Below are positions 37,394-49,498 of a stretch of 64,000 nt of DNA, in pieces. This stretch comes from Felis catus. Its lineage: Eukaryota. The translations under genes and the position numbers were made by a program. The DNA is taken from contig NC_058368.1 in the NCBI RefSeq assembly GCF_018350175.1, positions 211,360,001 to 211,424,000 on the forward strand, given 5' to 3'. The notes under the pieces were generated by a model. The model was not told the DNA's origin and made no database searches. It saw only the letters and a list, made by a program, of their open reading frames with translations. How positions within the stretch are numbered: the first letter of the stretch is position 1; every line of letters begins with the position of its first letter.

Positions 37394-37539
37394 CGGTGGT
37401 CCTCAGAGTATGGTGCCTGGACCGAGAGCATCAGCAGTACCTGGAGACTTGTCAGAGATGCTGGAGGGTGGCCAGCCGTCTGTAGCTTCAGTCATTTCCC
37501 CCAGGAAATTAGATGCATGTTCAAGTTTGAGAACCACTA
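37394..37539. mobile_element. MER5A-like hAT-Charlie element in the RAD1 3'UTR
   Basis: terminal inverted repeats cggtggtcctca...tgagaaccact; internal gcatcagcagtacctggagacttgtcagagatgc. Confidence 0.7.
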
Positions 37540-37912
37540 TTTTGAAGGATATGTTTATTTTTTTGCATTTATAGCATTCAATTGCATTGAAGTGAATGCT
37601 GTTACATGTGATTTCTTCCCAAATGTTCAGAAGTTTACGCTTTGCCAAACAAGTGTGAGTAATTGTATGATTTACCTTTAAAGTATACATTTTAAAGAAA
37701 TCTATGAACAAGATATAAAAGTCTTCAGAGTTACAGAATTTCTTCTCGCTCTCAGAAGTGTTCAGTGCAAGAAGCACTGTAGTAAGTACTTAGATACCTT
37801 CTATTTGCTTATACGCGTTTCTCAACCAAACCAAGTGGAGAAAACCAGTTATCAAGTGATTTTGCACTTTCTTGGGTCATTTTCAATTAATTTTTATGGC
37901 ATGTAAATATTT

Positions 37913-37977
37913 AATAAAATACAATACTAAAATTACCTGACTTGTTTTGTAACAGAGAACTATATAACCAAAATAAA
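37913..37977 (+). terminator. RAD1: Candidate RAD1 polyadenylation signals (AATAAA at 37913-37918 and 37972-37977)
   Basis: canonical hexamers about 0.93 and 0.99 kb after the stop, with TGTA upstream and T/GT-rich sequence downstream. Confidence 0.6.
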
Positions 37978-38548
37978 GGTCCGTACATGTGGTAACAGCT
38001 CTGTGTGGGGCAGCACTGTTGGCCTTTGTGGGTATGATAGTTCTTCATAGGAAAAAACATCCCACTGCAGGATTCATTTAGCCTCCCTGGCCTCGGGCCT
38101 CACTAGTGCCAGTCATTGTGACCTGCGATTCTCCCCCCACCCCAATAAAAATGTCCCATGTTATTGATGGCTAAGAACCATTGAATAATATTCATCAAAA
38201 GGGTATATTTGGAATGCCTACCTTAAAATAGGCCACTTGGCATTAGAGGAGATTGGTTTGGAGAGTAGTTCAGCAAGAACTTCAGGGAAATGATCCCCCA
38301 GAACAGCTGTGGGCACTGTTCCCAGGCACAGGGGCTATTCTGGTGTGTAGCCCAGAGTGACTACCTAATAACTACGAAGCCCCCCAGTAATCTCAGCATG
38401 CTAGCTGGTACAAAAAGTGGAGTTTTGTAAAGTATAGTATATGTTCAAGAAGTAAATGAATGAATCTACATCAAGAACAGAACAAATCTAAAAGATAATT
38501 ATGAAAATATTTAATCATAAGCATTTCAAGGACTATAATTTTCCTTTA

Positions 38549-38736
38549 TTTTTTAAAAACAATTTTAAGTTTATTGATTTATTTTGAGAGTGAGAGAGCA
38601 AGTAGGGGAGGGGCAGAGAGAGAGAGAGAGAACCCCAGGCAGACTTTGCACTGTTGGGGCTCAAACTCAACATCCATGAGATCATGACCTGAGCCGAAGT
38701 CAGACACTTGCCCACCAGAGCCACCCAGGAGCCCCC
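38549..38736 (-). mobile_element. Can-SINE
   Basis: target-site duplication ctataattttccttta. Confidence 0.9.
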
Positions 38737-40309
38737 TATAATTTTCCTTTAAAATAGGGCAGTTACTTTTGGTTTTTGTTCACTGGTACGTCCTGTACCT
38801 AGAACGGTGTCTATTCAATAAATATTTGTTAGGTGAAAGAACCTCCATTTCAGATTATCTTTTAGCATTTTATTAATTACTATTTAATTTCAGTTACTTA
38901 GCTCTGAGTTGATCTTGATCTGAAGTATTTTTTAAAAGTTGAACCTGTGAAGAAATTAAAATGTATATTGGTTCAGTAGGGAAAGATTGACATTTTTGCA
39001 CATTTAAGATCGTCATTTTAGCTGCACACATCTTTAACTATTTAGAGTTCGTAAGCTAATGAGTGTAATTCTTTCTACATCACCCACCAAGGTACTGATT
39101 TAATATAGAATTTCCTATTTAGTGGTTTCTCTTTGACCTCAGAATTTACTTTGTACAAGTTGCCTTGAAATTCCAGCAGGGGGAGTACTTCCTCAGGCAG
39201 ACTGGGACATTTTGGTGACTACAAATTCGTTTCATGTGTCACACACAGAAAAAATATAATCTTATTTTGAAGGCCTTTAGTTTTTCCTTTTTGCAGTTTA
39301 TCTCATTTTATTTTCATTGTGCTTACTAAGGGAATGTGTAGGTTTTTCCTCCATTTTTAATGTTTTCCCCGTTTGATGATACTGTGCTTCCACCTGCAAT
39401 TGATGAAATGATTTAAAATAAAAACGATTTTTTGAATTCTGTTTTTCTAATAAAGTTAAGTCTTATAACACAACCACTTTCATAAGAAGCCACAGAGTTT
39501 CTATGGTGCATCAAGTAGTCCTAGTAAGAATTGGTTACAGTCGCGGAAAGGGCAGCATGTGGCATTCTTCACAGTTCAGGGTGGGGAATTTTTCAGAACA
39601 GGGTGCTCCCTTCTTCCCTTACCTTCTTCACACTGACTTCCCCTTGGCCCCACCTGAAACGAAAACTACAGGGTCCTGAGAAATTGGGGAAATTGTATAA
39701 CATTTTTTCTTTTCCTAATTGTGTCCTCGGTAGTGTTTTCAGGCACAAGTCAGGTTACACGCACCCCCGAGGCCACCAGCAGCTCCAACCCGGACTTCCC
39801 ACGCCAGGAGTGGACAGAGATGCCATAACAGACAGTTGTTCCCAGTGCTTCTGCTGTGCTGTCCATGTCTCAGCCACCGCCAGAGACTGCAGTAATTAGT
39901 AATATTTGAAGTAGGTTTTATTTTTGAAATTAATACTTTGTTGATCAATATAAATCAATATAATAGTAGTGGCTCTCATTGGTAAAACTAGAGGTATTCA
40001 GGACATGTGACATGACTAAATTACTAAAGAGTATTTCCCCACCTTTGCATGAAAAGGACATAAAAGTGTAGTGAGGCTTGTGACCTGGACATTTAGACTT
40101 GGGGCCTGAGGCTTGACCCCTAAATGGTCTGCTTCCTGCCACCTTGTCCAAGGATTTCTGGCTTCTTCTTGCTAACTAAATTAGGACAGCCTCACTTCTG
40201 GAGTATTGTGAAGTCTGCCTCAAGCCGACCTTTCGTGGGAAGTGGTGGGTGAACCACCAAAACAGAAGTAGGGCTTCACTGATCTTAGGGAGCAGTTTGC
40301 ATGGGCATT

Positions 40310-40448
40310 TGCATGCTTGCTGATAAATGTTTATTAAAGTCTGTATGTGGGGCAGTATGATCTAGGCTTGATTTTTTTCTTCTTTTTCTAATTTGGTAGA
40401 GATTGTAGGGAAATAGCTAACCCTCATCCACCTCAAAGATTTTAGTTC
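40310..40448 (-). other. TTC23L: Candidate TTC23L terminal exon with polyA signal
   Basis: acceptor ttctttttaaattagctaacag|G at 40448; would read (R)N-TAA after the phase-2 donor at 52497; minus-strand AATAAA at 40330-40335. Confidence 0.4.
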
Positions 40449-43400
40449 CTGTTAGCTAATTTAAAAAGAATCCGAAAGTTGTGAATGACCTTGTTGACTC
40501 AGGTCTGTTAGGAACATCAAGTGTTTGGGGTAGATTATCCAAATTGCTGGTTCCCACTGAATGAATTCAGAAAGTAGCTTAGTTCTCATCTACAGTTTTC
40601 CAAGAGAGAATGTAACTTTACATTAGGTTTTACTGTGTCGAACATTTCCAAGGTGGTTTCTTAAACTTAAGGATTTCACAGAATACCAAAATTTTAAAAC
40701 TTTTGGAACCAACATAAGTAACAACTTACTATTTTCTCAGATATGAGGATGTTAAAACCATAGCTACCATTCATTATCACCACCATTTCATTAAACATTT
40801 TAACATCAAAATCAAAGAAAATGGACTATTAGTAACCTTACACTGACAATAAACACTGGATATATTTAAATATTTAAAACTAATTTCAGATGCAATATCA
40901 AGATCACACCGTAACATTTTATTTTACAATGTTAACACTTTATGCTATTGTTTTATTGATACAGGTTTGTCAGTCTGGAGATCTTAAGACTTTGGGGTCT
41001 CCCAAAGTAGTAACATTTTTAAAACTTTTAGTGCCACACAAAATAGAGTCCAAACGGCCACTTCTGTCTGGTACTTTGATTTTTATCACAGTCATTGTCG
41101 AAAATCCATTTTCGTCCGGATATGTGAAAATGGAAGCAACTCTTCTGAGGCTGCTTTAGTCAGTGCAGAATATCCTGGGTAAGGACAGCAGGCCCATCTC
41201 CAGACAGGGCTAAAATTAGCAACGACAGTCCGGTGACCAGTTGATAAGCACTGCAGAAAAGGTCAGTGGGATATAGCTGCCTTCAGGCAGGCCTGCAACC
41301 TGAGACCTTGGTCCTGAGAGCTGAGCTGAAAGCATGCAGAGCACAGCCGCCAGGAGGAAGCCTTCCAGTCTACAGACCAGGCACTGACTCGCCACTCACC
41401 ACCATACCTTGGCTACTGGTTGATCATTAGGTTTTACAGACTGAGCAAATGACTGAAATAAAAAAATAATTTTTTGCATGAAGAACCAAAATGTAGTCCC
41501 CTAAGCACTAAGTGATATGGAGATGTTAGAAGACGCTTGGATCCCTAAAGACACAGTCTTTGAACTGCATTAAATCAGCTCAGGTAACAGAAACGATGAA
41601 GAGAGAAGTTTTTTATTTTGTAAAACTCACACGAATCCGATTTTTCTTTGCTCCCTGAATACGTGAAGAAGACAGTAAGGAATGTTTGAGATTTGAGATT
41701 GCTGTTCTCTTTTCCTAGATACACATTTGTTCAGGAGGTAAGGACTTTTTTTTTTTTAAACAAACCTGGTTAAGATTCCTTCCACAAAACAAGCCTTTTT
41801 AATCCAGTTTGGGGTTGGGGGCAGCATAATGGGGTGGAAAGTAATCATCTGTGACTCAGGAAGTCAGCTTTATAATCACCCAGCTGACCTTGAACAAATC
41901 CATCTCTCTTGTCCCTAGTTTCTTCATTTATAAGAATCAAATCCCTCTCTGACTCTAATATGGCATGAGACCAGGGCAAATGTTTTCAGGAGATCAAACG
42001 TTTCTTCACAAGGCAGTTTTAGTGACCTGAAACAAGGTATGACTAAAAGTATTTCCAAACAGTATATTAAAATGGTCATCAATAAACTACTTAGGTGTTG
42101 CAGAATCTTCTTTAAAAACCAAAACTGAAAAAAATGAAATATGAGTTATAAAAAGGGAAATACAAAAGTATTTTGTATACAAAAATATACAAAAGAGTCC
42201 CCAGTCATTAAGAAACTAAAAGCATGTATCTAAAAAAAGATTTCTACACTTGCCCTGTCCCTTGCCCCCCCCCGCCCCAAGTTATAGATCAGAATCCTGC
42301 TTTCTAATGGCTCTTGAGTATTTTTACCTGTAATGCTGCTGCTAAGTAGACTTTCTCCCCCCCCCTTAGAGTTCTTAGTTCTGCTTTTGATCTGCCATTG
42401 TTATCAGTGTTGATAAATATATCTTGTGATCCAGAATTTTTGTTATCAACAAGGTTGGCTTTATTGTTGGCTATCCAGTATAGAGGTTTTCTCTTTACTG
42501 ATAACAGAAGACCTAAAGGAAAGGAGACAAACATTTGTGCATTTTATTTTGTTCTTGCCTCTCTTCCAGTTCCAAATCACTGCTTTATTGAGCTAGATGG
42601 CTGAACTTCAGTCTGAGGCAACTATTTCACCATGTGCCCATACCCCTAAAATGTTGACTCTTCTAACAGGCCTCTAAAATGGTACTCGAGTCTTGGGTTT
42701 TCTCCCTGAGGAGCAGGAACTCTTCCTTTGACACAGATGGCAGCTAAGGATATCTAAGATACCGGGATTGCTTTTAATCACAGCTCAAAAAAAATGTACC
42801 TAGTTTAGGGTCTTTTATATTGTTCATAATTTTCAGGGGATCTCTTCTCATGAATACACAGATTTTAGGGCCTAGGGCCCTCTTAATTGCTACACAGAGG
42901 ATCTATCTTCCCCATTTCCAGCCATTAAGAGTCCCATACACCGATTTCCTAATATTGGAGAAGCTGGGCTGGAGTTAGAAGTAATCTGGTCCAAAAGAAA
43001 TCTGGTCCAGAAACCTGGTTTCTATTAAGTGTTCTTCAGTCATCTCCTATTTAGACCTCAAGCCTGCTAAGTGTGGTTTTCATGGCCCCTATCTGACTGA
43101 AAAAAAATATTTGTTCCACAGAAATACGAGATACAAAATTTTATGAGGCTTTTTTTATATTCAAGTTCCACTATTTTATATTCATTTTCTACTACTGACT
43201 GCATAAAATACAGAAAGCTATCTGGCGCTTTAACTTCCTTCTCAGTAAACCAAGAGATAATGTGATTTCAGATCTGAAGAAGAAATAGGCACAAATTAAG
43301 TCAATTGCTCAGCGTCTCATAAAACCTGAGGGGGGCAAAAATCTGAGGGGCCTCTGCTAGGAATAGAAACTCCCATCCCACTCCAATCATAGGAGTCAGA

Positions 43401-45767
43401 AATCCGCCTGGGCCTCTTCACCCTCCCGCCACAAGGTGGCAGGATTCCCCTGGCCTGAAATCTCCGGGTCACTGAAAGGACACTGACTTCCATCCGTTGA
43501 GTATACGTTATCTTCTTTGGATTGGAGTAATTGTATCAGACTGTCGTTTCCAAGGGCTGATAAGCTCCATCCAGCTCACTTTTGGGATGTTGACCAGGGA
43601 AGTGTTTTCCACACCAGCTTCGTGTGGTAGCTTTTTACCAAGAATAGTTACTAGCCCCTCTCTCCTTGTGCTGCATGCACCAAATGTTGTAGCTAGAAGA
43701 TAATAAACTTAAAGAAAGCCCAGGCTTCAGTAAAAACAAAAATAGATGTTATTTGTTACATGATTACTATGGGGCCAGGCACCCTGCTAACCCCTTTACA
43801 TACATTTTGTTTTCACGGCAACACTAAGAGATCTGTGTTCTTCTCACCTCCATTCTATGGTGAGCAAACCAGGATTACATGCGGATAGAAAGTGGTGGTT
43901 CTGGGGCCTGAACCCAGGCTTGTCTGTCTCCAGAGCTAGCTCTTAACCACCATGAATCATACAGAAAAATTAGTTCACAGGGATGCATTGAAGTCATGGT
44001 TTCTATGATCAGATAAAATAGTTCATTGCTGAGATAGTCATGTTCACAGACTTTATTATGTCCTGAAGTGGGGCCCACATTCTTTGCCAAACTACAAAAG
44101 CATTCTTGTACCCTCAGTTCAAGCATGTGCTACACCCCTTGCTCTTAATAAAACTAAATCTTAGTTTCTCTACTTTGGTTCTAAAGGTTGTGTTTTATTT
44201 GCCAAAATTTAAGTGATCGTTTTCAAAAAGAAATCAGGTATATATGAATACAGTGAGTTGTTGGGTTTTTTTTTAATTAATTTGTTCTCAACATGCCAAT
44301 AGGGAAGTTTAGTATTTGAACAGTTCTGAGAAGTCCAGGAAATGAATGTGTCACTTCGTTTACCCTAGTTTGTTTTTTCCTAAACTGAACTGCCATGGAG
44401 CCTTTCCACCTCCTCCCTGTGGCCAGGGCAACATCCCTTGGAATCAGCAACCCTTGCAATGCCCTTTAGGAAATGCTGCCTTGTACGGCAGCCATAAAGA
44501 ACTTACCATTGCTTTGATACACTCTCCTCTGTCATGCCTCGGTGCCTTTGCATATACAGTGCCTTCGTCCTGGAATGGTTTCTCTTCTCCACCTGGATGA
44601 ATGGCTACTTGCCCTTCAAGAAACAACTCAGATGTAACGCTTCCTAGGAAGTCTTTTTCCAGCTTTCTTAGATTCTGTCTCCTTCCCACTCACACTGCAT
44701 TGCGATTTCTACTACAGGGCTCACTCATGTTTCCATTATTTCTTCATGTTTGCCTCTCCTACTTGACTATTGTCTCAAAGGAATGACCGTGGTGTATTTA
44801 TCTTTATTAGCACCTGCATCTCTAACTATACTTAGCACCTAGTAGTTGTTCACAACATGTGTTAAGGAAGGAATAAAGATGAGGAAACTGAGACTCAGAA
44901 TGTTTAGGCAACCAAAGGTCACGTGGGTATTTCATAGCAGAGTTGGGCCTCAAAGAACACTGCTCTCGTCTATGCCTGAATAGCAAATTTGTGGCAGTTC
45001 AGCTCTACCCCCACCCGTGCCCCACAGCAGACAATACTAATAAATTAACTCCACCAAGCTCAGCCTTTTGCTCAAGAAACCTCAAGCATCGCTCTAGGAA
45101 AACACTAACAGAGCTGGCCCATGCGATGAAAAATACTTGATCTCCTTGACCTCGTCCACACGGTATCCTCCAATCGATCTATTTTTGTGGACATGGCAGA
45201 GTGCTGTAGATTGCAGAATCCCTCCTCTGTTCTGCTAAAGACAGGGTACGCTGAACTCTCTGCCACTTAGCAGCCTCTGTTCCTCTTCGGGGGGGCCCTG
45301 GGGTGGGGAGCTAAAGGTGCCTAAATTTTCCCTGCTCCATCTGCCCCAATGCCTCCAGCCCTCCCCGGTGTCCTGATTTGGGAGAGCTCCTGCCCCCTGG
45401 CATCAGCATGCGAGAGCGGATTTGCCCCTCACCGACTCACACACCAAGTTTGCCCAAACAATTCCCCCTCTAATTTTGTAGAGGCAGTGTTGGAATATTT
45501 ACTGATAAATGATAGGAAAAGAAGATAAATGCAGCAGCCAGGAAACCAGCTTATGGAGCATAAATTTCATCACTGAGGCTTATTTGGCTGACACAGCACA
45601 TCACCTACTCTCCTCCTCACTGCACTTCTCTCTGGAGATAATCTCCCCAAATCCTACTTTCCTTGGCTTTCCCTCCTTAGTCCCTCAGCCCAGAAGAGGC
45701 TGTTCTGTTTGGTTTACATGACTGAGAGGGCAGGAGGCCACTAATCGATTAATAGGCATTCCTTCTT

Positions 45768-45938
45768 GGGGCACCTGGGTGGCTGAGGTCATGATCTCAC
45801 GGTTTGTGAGTTTAAGCCCTGCATCAGGCTCTCTGCTGTCAGTGTAGAGTCCACTTCAGATCCTCTGTCCCCCCACCCCCCAGCCCCAGCCCCAGCCCCT
45901 CCCCTGCTGGAACTCTCTCTCAGAAATAAAAATAAAAC
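45768..45938 (+). mobile_element. Can-SINE with internal deletion
   Basis: ggggcacctgggtggctgaggtcatgatc; flanking aataggcattc repeat. Confidence 0.85.
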
Positions 45939-46020
45939 ATTTTTTTTTAAATAGGCATTCTTTCTTTCCCCTATTGTGAAAGGGATGGTTTTCCTTGCGC
46001 TTCTGTTGGCTTCTACATCT

Positions 46021-46229
46021 TTTTTTTTTTTTTTTTTTTTTTTTGGGACAGAGAGAGACAGAGCATGAACGGGGGAGGGGCAGAGAGAGAGGGAGACACA
46101 GAATCAGAAACAGGCTCCCGGCTCTGAGCCATCAGCCCAGAGCCCGACGCAGGGCTTGAACCCACGGACCGCGAGATCGTGACCTGGCTGAAGTCGGACG
46201 CTTAACCGACTGCGCCACCCAGGCGCCCC
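46021..46229 (-). mobile_element. Young feline SINEC_Fc-type SINE
   Basis: pure T-run tail; perfect target-site duplication tggcttctacatctt. Confidence 0.95.
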
Positions 46230-47352
46230 TGGCTTCTACATCTTAAGACCCATCAAAAGTAATATGAAAATAGCTTGTGGGCATGTGGCTGTCCTAGAAA
46301 CATTTAAATATAACAAAAATGAAGTTGATGCACCATACTCTCAGACTTCCAATACACCTGGATGAAAAGCTAGAGTTGTAAAATTAGATAATGTTTATTG
46401 AGCAGCTACCATAAGCCAGATACGGTGCTAAGTGCTTTAGGTTAATAATCTCAATTGCTCTTCATTATGTTTCATATTATAGATACTATTCTAGGCCTCA
46501 GGGGGAACTGAGGCTTAGGATAACTTGCCTAATGACACGTAAAAAATGGCAGAGGCTGGATTCACACACAGGTCCATCTGACTCTAAAGTCCATGACCTT
46601 GACTATTTAATATTCTTCTAACAAGTCGAACTGTCCAGTATTGGAAAGGGCCACTTTGACAGGTAATGAGCGATTCCTGATTTGGAGAGGTGTTTAATCA
46701 GGTACTGGATTACCGGAGTAATCTCAAAAATCTGCTCTACCAATATAGCTCGTTCTAATGTCTGTGATGATTCCCTATTTGCCAGCGTTATGGCTTCTTA
46801 TGAGTCCTCATTCTCTTATCATCATCAGTGTCATCATCACCTCTCGTTAGCACATACGATGTGTCAGGCATCCTTCTGAGCAGTTTTACTTACATTAATT
46901 TATTTAGTCAAAACTACCCTACAAAGTAGTTATTAGTATTATCCCCATTTAATAGATAAGGAACCTGAGAAGCAAAGTGCCTTGACCAAGGTCAGACAAC
47001 TAATAAGTCACAGAGCTAGGATTATAACCCAGGCATCTGGCTGTAGTACATTACACTGTCTCTTACTGTTTGATACATGTGCCATACTTTTTAAAAATTT
47101 ATCTTTTTTTATTATCATAGATATATATTTGTTGTAAAAAAATGTCAACACAAATATATAACACAGAAGTTGAAAGTCCCGCATAATCCAATGTCTCAGA
47201 GATAATTATTACCTTCACTAACCACACATTTATATATTTATTTATGGGTTATACTATAGACAATGCTCATTAATATGTATTTTTCATGTTTTTACCCCTA
47301 ACAATTTATCTGCAATATTCTTCCATAACTCTTCAAAGCTCTACTTCATGCT

Positions 47353-47569
47353 TTTTTTTTTTTTTTTAACGTTTATTTATTTTTGAGACAGAGAGAGACA
47401 GAGCATGAGCAGGGGAGGGTCAGAGAGAGAGGGAGACACAGAATCTGAAACGGGCTCCAGGCTCTGAGCCGTCAGCACAGAGCCCGACGCGGGGCTCAAA
47501 CTCACACACCGCGAGATCGTGACCTGGCTGAAGTCGGCCGCTTAACCGACTGCGCCACCCAGGCGCCCC
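47353..47569 (-). mobile_element. Young feline SINE
   Basis: perfect target-site duplication tctacttcatgcttttt; CpG-intact. Confidence 0.95.
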
Positions 47570-47840
47570 TCTACTTCATGCTTTTTAATGACCATATTAT
47601 ATGATCATAAACATGGACCTCATTATATTGATCATAAACATGCACTGGTGTTTCTACTGGTGGACATTTGAGTTTTTTCTACTGTTTTGATATTATTTAA
47701 AAAAAAATCTACAAGGAAGGCAGAAGACCCTCTTTCTGCATTACCCCCAAATAATACAAAAACAATAATTAGAATGAACATTTCAGGAAGCTTACTATGT
47801 GTCATACATTAAGTAAAGCACTTAAAATAGAATGCTCTCA

Positions 47841-48177
47841 GGCGCACCTGGGTGGCTGAGTCAGTCAGGCATCCAAAACTTGATTTCGGCTCGGGTCATG
47901 ATCTCACAGTTTGTGGGATCGAGCCATGCACTGGGCTCTGCACTGACAGCATGGAGCCTGCTCGGGATTCTCTCTCTCCCCATCTCTCTGCCTCTTCCCT
48001 GCTTGTGCTCTTTCTCTCTCTCTCAAAAATAAATAAATAACCTTTAAAATAATAGAGTGCCCTTATTCACATTTTTAAGATTATTTTAAATTTTTTAAAG
48101 AAAACTCTCTGTGCTCAAACTCACAATCCCGAGATCAAGAGTCATATGCTCTACAGGCTGAGCCAGCCAGATGCCCC
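47841..48177. mobile_element. Can-SINE (+, 47841-48040) followed by a partial reverse SINE (48070-48177)
   Basis: SINE heads on both strands. Confidence 0.8.
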
Positions 48178-49287
48178 TTCACACTTTTTTTTTCCAATGA
48201 AGAAAGGAAGACATAGGAAGTCTCACTGCAAATGGGAAAGCTCAAATTTGAGCCCTGTTTTGATTTCAAATCACACTGCATACACACTTCCAAAGTAAGT
48301 GTAAGTGTTCTTTCTCAAGTCTTTTCATTTCACATTTACATATTCCATGGGGTTCTTATCCATTCCCTTCACTTCAGAATGTGTCTCCTTGCGCTCCTGG
48401 TCCATTCAGCCCATCAGACACTGCCAAGTGGATGCACTGTGGGCACCTCAAACTTAACTCATCCAAAACAGAAATCATATTCCTCACAACCCCTAGACAT
48501 CCTCCAGGATGATCTCCACTTGTCAACACTATTTAATTTAACAGCATGGTCATTCACTCAACTGTCCAAGCTAGAAACTTCAAAGCTGCCTGTGACTCCT
48601 GCCTGTATTACACCCCACATCTAACTGGTTCTAAGGCTTTGTTACAAGAGACCACAAATTGTTTCTCAATCCATCCTCTCCACCTTCCTCCTACTAGGGC
48701 TTTAGATAATTAAGGCTCCTGACACCTCTCCCTTAGACTGTTGTATCTGCTCATAACTGATCTCCCTACTTCTAATCTCTCCCTAGGTCCCATCTATTCT
48801 TCCATTGCTGTCAGAGGTAATGTTGTAAAGCTAATAATTGATCATGTCATATCCTGCTTATATTCTCAGTAGTAAGTTTTAAACTCCTCAGCAGGGCACA
48901 TAAAACATCCCATAATCTCACCCCAATTTATCCTTCCAAACTCACCTGCAGTATATTCTTACCCATGTACCTTAAACTATGACCACCCATGATCACTTGT
49001 GTTTTCTCAGAACTATCGATTATCTCCATGCCTCTATGCTTTTGTTCATGCTACTTGAAATGCCCGCCTCTGGCTTCTCTTCTACCTGCTGATATTTTAC
49101 TTTTCTTTGAAGACCCAGCACGCTGCCCCCAACGTACATACAGTTTCCACCCTTGTCTCTAGCCTCTCAATTTATTACTTGTCCTCTTTGTTTACATTTC
49201 TGTTAATGCTTTACTATAGACTAGTAATCTGGTCACGTGTGTCTATCTTTCTGAAAGGACTCAATCTTAAACATATTAGTATTTCTT

Positions 49288-49498
49288 GGGGCGCCTGCGT
49301 GGCTCAGTTGGGTAAGCATCTAACTTCAGCTCAGGTCATGATCTCACAGTTCATGAGTTCAAGCCCCGCATTGGGCTCTGTGCTGACAGCTCAGAGCCTG
49401 GAGCCTGCTTCGGATTCTGTGTCTCCCTCTCTGTCTGCTCCTTCCCTGCTTGCACTCTGTCTCTGTCTCAAAACTGAATAAACATTAAATTAAAAAAA
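49288..49498 (+). mobile_element. Can-SINE
   Basis: target-site duplication atattagtatttct. Confidence 0.92.
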
